From the NCBI GenBank assembly GCA_965198225.1, contig CBDAOY010000009.1:32001-96000 (forward strand): a stretch of 64,000 nt of DNA, given 5' to 3'. Position numbers and translations under genes: made by a program. Positions 58,431-64,000 of the stretch are shown here, in pieces (position 1 is the stretch's first letter; every line of letters starts with the position of its first letter). This stretch comes from Terriglobia bacterium. Lineage in GTDB: Bacteria > Acidobacteriota > Terriglobia > 20CM-2-55-15. The notes below the pieces were generated by a model. The model was not told the DNA's origin. It made no database searches and was given only the letters and a program-made list of their open reading frames with translations.

Positions 58431-58910
58431 TTAATCGATCAGCACCTCGGCTTCGATCTCGACCGGGATATCGAAGGGCAGTTCCGCGACTCCGATCGCA
58501 GATCGAGCATGGCTTCCGCGCTCGCGGCCGTATAACTCGATGACGAGATCCGAAAAACCGTTGATCACTGACGGTGTGTTGTTGAACCCGGGCGCAGCAT
58601 TCACCATACCGAAAACTCGGACCCAGGCCCGGACACGGTCCAGTTCCCCCAGCTCTCGTTTGAGGCTCGCGAGCATCGCGAGAGCCGTGACGCGGGCTGC
58701 GTCGTAGGCCTCTTCGGGTGTCAGATCTCGACCGACCTTGCCCCGCTTCTGGGTAAGGCTCCCGTCGGGATTCATCGGTCCGTGGCCGGACACGAGAGCC
58801 CGTTCTCCAACGGTCCGAACCCAGGGGAACGGTAATGTCGCACCGCCCGGCACCGCCATCTCCGCCGGCAGAACGAGTCCCAGTTCTTCCAGTTTTTCCT
58901 CGATAGTCAT
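58431..58910 (-). CDS. RidA/YjgF-family protein
   Basis: VSGHGP, VINGFSDL, HARSAIGVAELP..IPVEIE. Confidence 0.9.
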   Translation of the reverse strand: MTIEEKLEELGLVLPAEMAVPGGATLPFPWVRTVGERALVSGHGPMNPDGSLTQKRGKVGRDLTPEEAYDAARVTALAMLASLKRELGELDRVRAWVRVFGMVNAAPGFNNTPSVINGFSDLVIELYGRERGSHARSAIGVAELPFDIPVEIEAEVLID

Positions 58911-58934
58911 AGTCTCGACGGCGACGAACTTTCC

Positions 58935-59549
58935 CTAGGGCGGTCGGATTCCAAACTGGAGCGCGCGTTCGTCTCTGTGGGGAACAAAAGGCCCGTTTTC
59001 GAGCTTGAATCGGATGGAGTAGTTGTTGGGCTTCTCCCGCAGGGTCACGGTCATCGAAAACATACCGGTGCCATCCGGAGGGATCAGACCGGGATCGACA
59101 GGGATTTCCAGTGTAGCGGGAAACCGGCCCGTGGTCTCGCGGGCCGTAATCACGGCGATGACATTCTCGACTTCGACCTCGCTGCGGTTGGTCATCCAGC
59201 CAGCCACGGACAGGGTCTTCTCCTCGAGCTCATGGTTGAGCTCGTTCAGGGTGAACGGCTCTGATCCATCGGCGGTCGCCGGTATCAGGACGTCCAGGTA
59301 GCGATCATCCATCGGAAGAACGACCGACGAGAGATCGGTAAGGGAAAAGAGGACGATGCCGACGATCACCAGTCCGGACATTATGCCGGCTCCCATCCGC
59401 AGGTAGTCGAACTTGGGCTTCGACCCGGGAACGTCCAGCAGAAACGCAGTACTCTCGTCCTCCCCGGCCCCCGCCGATTCTTCGGCAGCCTCGGCTTCAG
59501 GCGCCTTATCCTCAGGAGGCTCGATCTCTTCTGGAGGTTGGGGATCCAT
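58935..59549 (-). CDS. Single-pass membrane protein with an Ig-like soluble domain
   Basis: Acidic N-terminus, one TM, beta-rich domain. Confidence 0.7.
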   Translation of the reverse strand: MDPQPPEEIEPPEDKAPEAEAAEESAGAGEDESTAFLLDVPGSKPKFDYLRMGAGIMSGLVIVGIVLFSLTDLSSVVLPMDDRYLDVLIPATADGSEPFTLNELNHELEEKTLSVAGWMTNRSEVEVENVIAVITARETTGRFPATLEIPVDPGLIPPDGTGMFSMTVTLREKPNNYSIRFKLENGPFVPHRDERALQFGIRPP

Positions 59550-59620
59550 CTACCTAATGATAACCCCTAGCTAGTGGTCAGTGGTTGTCAGTTGCCAGTA
59601 GTCAGTAGTCAGTTGTTTTC

Positions 59621-60999
59621 GAGCTACCCTCAAAAGGTGTGTAAATAGCATAGGCGGTGATTATCCTTCCGGGTGAAATAAAAACCCGGGCGGAAGAGCC
59701 CGAAAGGAAGGAGTCACACCGCCATGAGCAAGAAGAACATTGATCGAAGTGTGGAGTCAAGAGTCTGCTTTGAACAGCTGGAAGAGTGGGTGCGAGAGCA
59801 GATCCAGTTTTACGTACAGGAACTGTTGGAGGATGAAGTGACACAGCTGCTGGGACGAAGAAAGAATGAGCGTCGCCGAGAAGTGGACGCGCCCGGTGGC
59901 TATCGCAACGGCTACGGTAAGGAGCGGCGACTGACGCTGAGTTGCGGAACGATCAAGCTGCGGCGTCCCCGAGTGCGGGATCTGGAAGAGCGTTTTGAGA
60001 GCCGGGTCTTGCCGCTGTTTGCCAAGCGGACGCAAGAGGTACGAGACTTGATTCCAGAACTCTATTTGCATGGTCTGGCCGAGGGGGATTTCGATCTGGC
60101 CTTAAGAGGGCTTTTAGGGGAAGAAGCGCCGCTGTCCCCCAGCACCGTAGCCCGGTTGAAGGAGAAGTGGCAGGGAGAAATGGAGGCCTGGCAAAGCCGT
60201 CGGCTGGACGATCTGGAAGTGGTGTATCTGTGGGCAGACGGTGTGTACATCAAAGCAGGGCTGGAGAAGGAAAAGGCCGTGATCCTGGTAGTGATCGCCG
60301 CTTTAAGTGATGGCACTAAAGTGGTGGTGTCGGTCAGTAGTGGTTATCGAGAATCGACCCAGAGCTGGTCCGAAGTGCTGAGGGATCTCAAAGAGCGGGG
60401 GATGAACCCACCGAGACTGGTGATGGCTGACGGGCATCTGGGGATCTGGGGAGCGTTGCGCAACGTTTTCCCAGAAGCCGACGAGCAGAGATGCTGGAAT
60501 CATCGCATCGTCAACTTGCTGGCTAAGATCCCCAAGGGTCGGCACAAAGCGGCGTTGTTGATGTTGCGGCAGATCCCTTATGCAGAAACACGGCAGGAAG
60601 CCGAGCAAGTCAAAGGACGATTCCAACATTGGTGTGGCAAGAGAGGACTGGAGGCTGCGGCTGATCTGATCGACCAGGACTGGGATCGGATGGTGACGTT
60701 TTACAACTATCCCAAACAGCAGTGGCAACATCTGCGGACTACCAATCCAGTGGAGTCTCCCTTCTCTGCTCTGCGACTGCGAACCGATGCCTCTCGAAGG
60801 TTCAAGAAAGTGGCCAACGCACGGGCTGTCATCTGGAAGATGCTGCTGGTCGCTGAGAAAAGATTTCGCCGTTTGAAGGCTCCGCACTTGATGAAGGATG
60901 TCTACCAAGGCGCCCAATATGTCAATGGAGTTCCAGTCAACCAAGTCACCGAGGAGAAAGCCGCCTGATGTCTATTTACACACTTATTGACGGAACCTC
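59621..60999 (+). mobile_element. IS256-family insertion sequence
   Basis: 28-bp imperfect IRs GAGCTACCCTCAAAAGGTGTGTAAATAG / CTATTTACACACTTATTGACGGAACCTC; 9-bp TSD GTTGTTTTC at 59612-59620 and 61000-61008. Confidence 0.95.
59724..60968 (+). CDS. IS256 transposase
   Basis: YRNGY, PRVR, YLWADG, MADGHLG, QRCWNH, RTTNPVES. Confidence 0.95.
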   Translation: MSKKNIDRSVESRVCFEQLEEWVREQIQFYVQELLEDEVTQLLGRRKNERRREVDAPGGYRNGYGKERRLTLSCGTIKLRRPRVRDLEERFESRVLPLFAKRTQEVRDLIPELYLHGLAEGDFDLALRGLLGEEAPLSPSTVARLKEKWQGEMEAWQSRRLDDLEVVYLWADGVYIKAGLEKEKAVILVVIAALSDGTKVVVSVSSGYRESTQSWSEVLRDLKERGMNPPRLVMADGHLGIWGALRNVFPEADEQRCWNHRIVNLLAKIPKGRHKAALLMLRQIPYAETRQEAEQVKGRFQHWCGKRGLEAAADLIDQDWDRMVTFYNYPKQQWQHLRTTNPVESPFSALRLRTDASRRFKKVANARAVIWKMLLVAEKRFRRLKAPHLMKDVYQGAQYVNGVPVNQVTEEKAA

Positions 61000-61138
61000 G
61001 TTGTTTTCGGCGATACGCCGAACCGGAGCGTGAGAGAGCCACTGTGAGGGGGATAGGGGTATAGCCCTGTCCCCGGGTCTTCACTGTGCAAAAAAGTCGG
61101 GGAACCCTTCAACTGACCACTGACGAACTTGTCACTGA

Positions 61139-63103
61139 CTACCCCGCCAACAACGGTGCCACCAACACCAGCGAAACGATCGACATCAGTTTGATCAGGA
61201 TATTCATCGACGGACCGGATGTGTCCTTGAACGGGTCGCCCACAGTGTCACCAACGACGGCGGCCTTATGTGCGTCCGATCCTTTGCCGCCCAGATTCCC
61301 GGCCTCGATGTATTTCTTGGCGTTGTCCCATGCCCCACCCCCGTTGGACATCATGATCGCCAGCAGAACCCCGGTGAGCGTCGCTCCACCCAGGAATCCG
61401 CCAAGGGTCTCCGCACCGAAGGCAAACCCGATGACGACCGGCATCGCCACAGCGAGCAGTCCAGGAAGCAGCATCTCATGGAGGGCGCCATCCGTCGCGA
61501 TGGAAACGCAGTTGGCATAATCGGCTTTCGCTTCGCCGGCCATCAGACCGGGAATCTCCCGAAACTGACGCCGAACTTCATTCACCATCTTGAACGCCGC
61601 GCGACCGACGGCCTTCATCGTCATCGCTGCCAGCATGAACGGCATCACCCCACCCAGGAAAAGACCTATCACCACGTTTGCCTGTATCAGGTTGATCGAA
61701 TCCAATCCGACGGTCGTCGTGTAGGCCGAAAAGAGGGCCAGCGCTGTGAGCGCGGCGGACCCGATGGCGAATCCCTTGCCGATTGCCGCGGTCGTGTTAC
61801 CCAGTGCGTCCAGGCGATCGGTGATGCTCCTGATCTCCGGCCCGGCCCCGGACATTTCGGAGATACCGCCCGCGTTGTCTGCGATGGGGCCGTAGGCATC
61901 CACGGCCATCGTCACGCCGATGGTCGACAGCATTCCCACGGCAGCGACGGCAATGCCGTACAACCCGTTGAGCGTGTAGGACACATAGATTGCCGCGCTG
62001 ATCGTGAGAACCGGCAGTATCGTACTCTCGAATCCGACCGACAGACCGCTGATGATCGTCGTCGCTGGACCCGTCTGGCTGGCTTCGGCGATGTCGCGAA
62101 CGGGTTTGGCCGACGTGTAGTACTCGGACTCGAAGCCGATCGCCACGCCCGCGAGGAGACCTGCCACGACCGCCCAGAAAGCGGAAAGATCGGGCATGGT
62201 CGTACGAACAATCCAGAAAGCTGCGATCAGGAAGAGGGCGCCCGCTACGTAGGTCGGCATGTGAAGCGCCCGTTCAGGACTCATGCCCTTGAACACCCGC
62301 ATCGAGAACACGCCCAGCAACGAACACACCAGACCCGCCATCACCAGCAACAGCGGAAGCGACATGAACGCCAGCGGGTTCGCAACCGTTGCGCCTATCG
62401 CCATCGTCGCGATCACGGACCCCACGTAGGATTCGAACAGGTCCGCACCCATCCCTGCCGTATCTCCCACGCAGTCGCCGACGTTGTCGGCGATCACGGC
62501 GGGGTTCCTTGGATCGTCTTCGGGTATACCTGCCTCGACCTTCCCAACGAGATCCGCGCCTACATCAGCGCTTTTCGTAAAGATACCTCCACCGACACGG
62601 GCAAACAACGCGATCGAACTCGCACCCATCGCAAACCCGCTGATGATCTCCGTATCCTTCGTGAAGTAGTAGTAAATACCGATTCCGAGCAGGCCGAGCG
62701 AAGCGACGGAAATACCCATCACGGCGCCGCCGTTGAAAGCGACCATCAAGGCCGGACCCGTCCCGCCGTCCTTGGCGGCCTGGGTCGTTCGGACGTTGGC
62801 TCGGGTGGCGGCCTTCATGCCGAAGAACCCCGCGCCCATCGAAAACCCCGCGCCGGTCAGGAAGGCGACCCCGGTCCAGGGACTCAGCGCCACGCTCAGG
62901 ACGATGAATACGACGGCAACAAAGATGGACACAATCGTGTACTCGCGTTTGAGGAACACCATTGCTCCAAGATGAATGCTGTCGGCGATCTCCTTCATTC
63001 GGTCGCTGCCGGGCGACATGCGCGCGATGCCGAGGTAAATGAAGCCGGCGAAGACGAGGCCGACAATTCCAACTATTGGAGCCAAGGGGGTCAAATCCTG
63101 CAT
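61139..63103 (-). CDS. hppA: Membrane-integral pyrophosphatase, K+-dependent type (probably Na+-translocating)
   Basis: [26 protein letters not shown] (Ala = K+-dependent), [10 protein letters not shown]. Confidence 0.95.
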   Translation of the reverse strand: MQDLTPLAPIVGIVGLVFAGFIYLGIARMSPGSDRMKEIADSIHLGAMVFLKREYTIVSIFVAVVFIVLSVALSPWTGVAFLTGAGFSMGAGFFGMKAATRANVRTTQAAKDGGTGPALMVAFNGGAVMGISVASLGLLGIGIYYYFTKDTEIISGFAMGASSIALFARVGGGIFTKSADVGADLVGKVEAGIPEDDPRNPAVIADNVGDCVGDTAGMGADLFESYVGSVIATMAIGATVANPLAFMSLPLLLVMAGLVCSLLGVFSMRVFKGMSPERALHMPTYVAGALFLIAAFWIVRTTMPDLSAFWAVVAGLLAGVAIGFESEYYTSAKPVRDIAEASQTGPATTIISGLSVGFESTILPVLTISAAIYVSYTLNGLYGIAVAAVGMLSTIGVTMAVDAYGPIADNAGGISEMSGAGPEIRSITDRLDALGNTTAAIGKGFAIGSAALTALALFSAYTTTVGLDSINLIQANVVIGLFLGGVMPFMLAAMTMKAVGRAAFKMVNEVRRQFREIPGLMAGEAKADYANCVSIATDGALHEMLLPGLLAVAMPVVIGFAFGAETLGGFLGGATLTGVLLAIMMSNGGGAWDNAKKYIEAGNLGGKGSDAHKAAVVGDTVGDPFKDTSGPSMNILIKLMSIVSLVLVAPLLAG

Positions 63104-63267
63104 CGAGTTCCTCCGAAACAGATCTACGTATCAGTACCAACCCGCATTCCCACCAGTGGTCTACCGCAGCGCGACGACGACCAACGAGCAAGGCGGGCTA
63201 ATTGAGGTCGGGGGAAGCATCGGGCAATCGATCACCTCCGCCCTAGAGAAAGCATATTCTACAAAAC

Positions 63268-63296
63268 AAGCCCCATTTCCGGTGGAAATGGGGCTC
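63268..63296 (-). terminator. Hairpin, probable terminator downstream of rplQ
   Basis: AGCCCCATTTCC-GGT-GGAAATGGGGCT with TGTTTTGT following on the minus strand. Confidence 0.75.
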
Positions 63297-63331
63297 GCTA
63301 CCGATTGGAACAGGTCACGGCTAAGCACAAG

Positions 63332-63602
63332 CAGCCCGTGTCGGAAAACCTGATGGCTCGCGTTACGGCGGCGTTGCGCCAGATGCTAGGCGCCGCGCCG
63401 ACCGGCCTGCGGGTCCGGAGAAATGTCGCGCGGCAACAGCGCCCGCGTGTGACGCCGCCGTAACCCTCCGGGCGCACGGGGGTTGCGGTCGGATACTTTG
63501 TTGCTCGTCGTCATGATGAAACAGCATCAATTCCTCCTCGCGCCTCGTCTCCGCCTCGCAAGACCCGTGCACGCGAACCATCAGGTTTTCCGACACGGGC
63601 TG
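63332..63602. mobile_element. MITE-like structured element, copy 2
   Basis: 31-bp TIR (1 mismatch) CAGCCCGTGTCGGAAAACCTGATGG(C/T)TCGCG; flanks CAAG and CTAG; same internal architecture as 30127-30395. Confidence 0.85.
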
Positions 63603-64000
63603 CTAGTCTTCCGCCGCCTCTGCCCCTTCCTCACTTTCTTTCTCTTTCTCGTCCTTTTCGGTCTCTGCCCGAGCAGCCTTCTTCACTTCCAGCTCGCTGC
63701 CGAGCAACTCGATGACCGCCATGTCGGCTCCATCTCCGACACGGGGTCCGAGGCGGACGATCCGACTGTAGCCACCCGGACGGTCGCTGAATCGAGGAGC
63801 GATGGTGTCGAAGACCTTCTTGGTAGCAACGTCACTCAAGAGATAGGACTGGACCTGCCTTCTTGCATGCAACGTGTCGCGCTTGCCCAGCGTGATCATT
63901 TTTTCGGCCAGCGGCCGCAGTTCCTTCGCCTTCGGAACAGTCGTCACCAACCGCTCGTGTTCGAGAAACGACGTCACGAGATTACGAAGAAGTGAACGCC
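63603..64000 (-). CDS. rplQ: 50S ribosomal protein L17, 5'-partial
   Basis: LLRNLVTSFLEHERLVTT..KAKELR...EKMITLGK...RPGGYSRIVR...R.GDGA.MAVIEL. Confidence 0.97.
   Translation of the reverse strand, partial: RSLLRNLVTSFLEHERLVTTVPKAKELRPLAEKMITLGKRDTLHARRQVQSYLLSDVATKKVFDTIAPRFSDRPGGYSRIVRLGPRVGDGADMAVIELLGSELEVKKAARAETEKDEKEKESEEGAEAAED

Overview
Chromosomal window from a high-GC bacterium, most likely Acidobacteriota (PadR-ADOP pair; 16S 5' end CAGAATCAACGCTGGCGG). Bases 1 to about 19547 are the right part of a decaying genomic island integrated at the 3' end of tRNA-Leu(CAG). It carries a tyrosine integrase and excisionase, a plasmid-derived module (VirD4-like coupling protein, VirB11/CpaF ATPase, frameshifted thermonuclease, truncated RepA), a single-polypeptide GAF-PAS-kinase-REC-OmpR regulator, an HNH nuclease, and an FGE-domain gene cleanly split by IS3 and IS1182 insertions. 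The rest is core or flexible chromosome: rnr, tRNA-Met, a frameshifted collagen-like fibre gene, padR-ADOP, small regulators, an S9 peptidase, tilS-ftsH-folP-cdaA-cdaR-glmM, a full rrn operon (16S-Ile-Ala-23S-5S), Fpg/Nei, ECF sigma factors, IS256, hppA and the 3' part of rplQ. The most unusual signal is a pair of about 270-bp non-coding elements (30127-30395 and 63332-63602). They differ in sequence but keep the same nested stems with compensatory changes, and each sits directly after the CTAG-embedded TAG stop codon of a gene. All calls come from reading motifs by eye; no database search was run.
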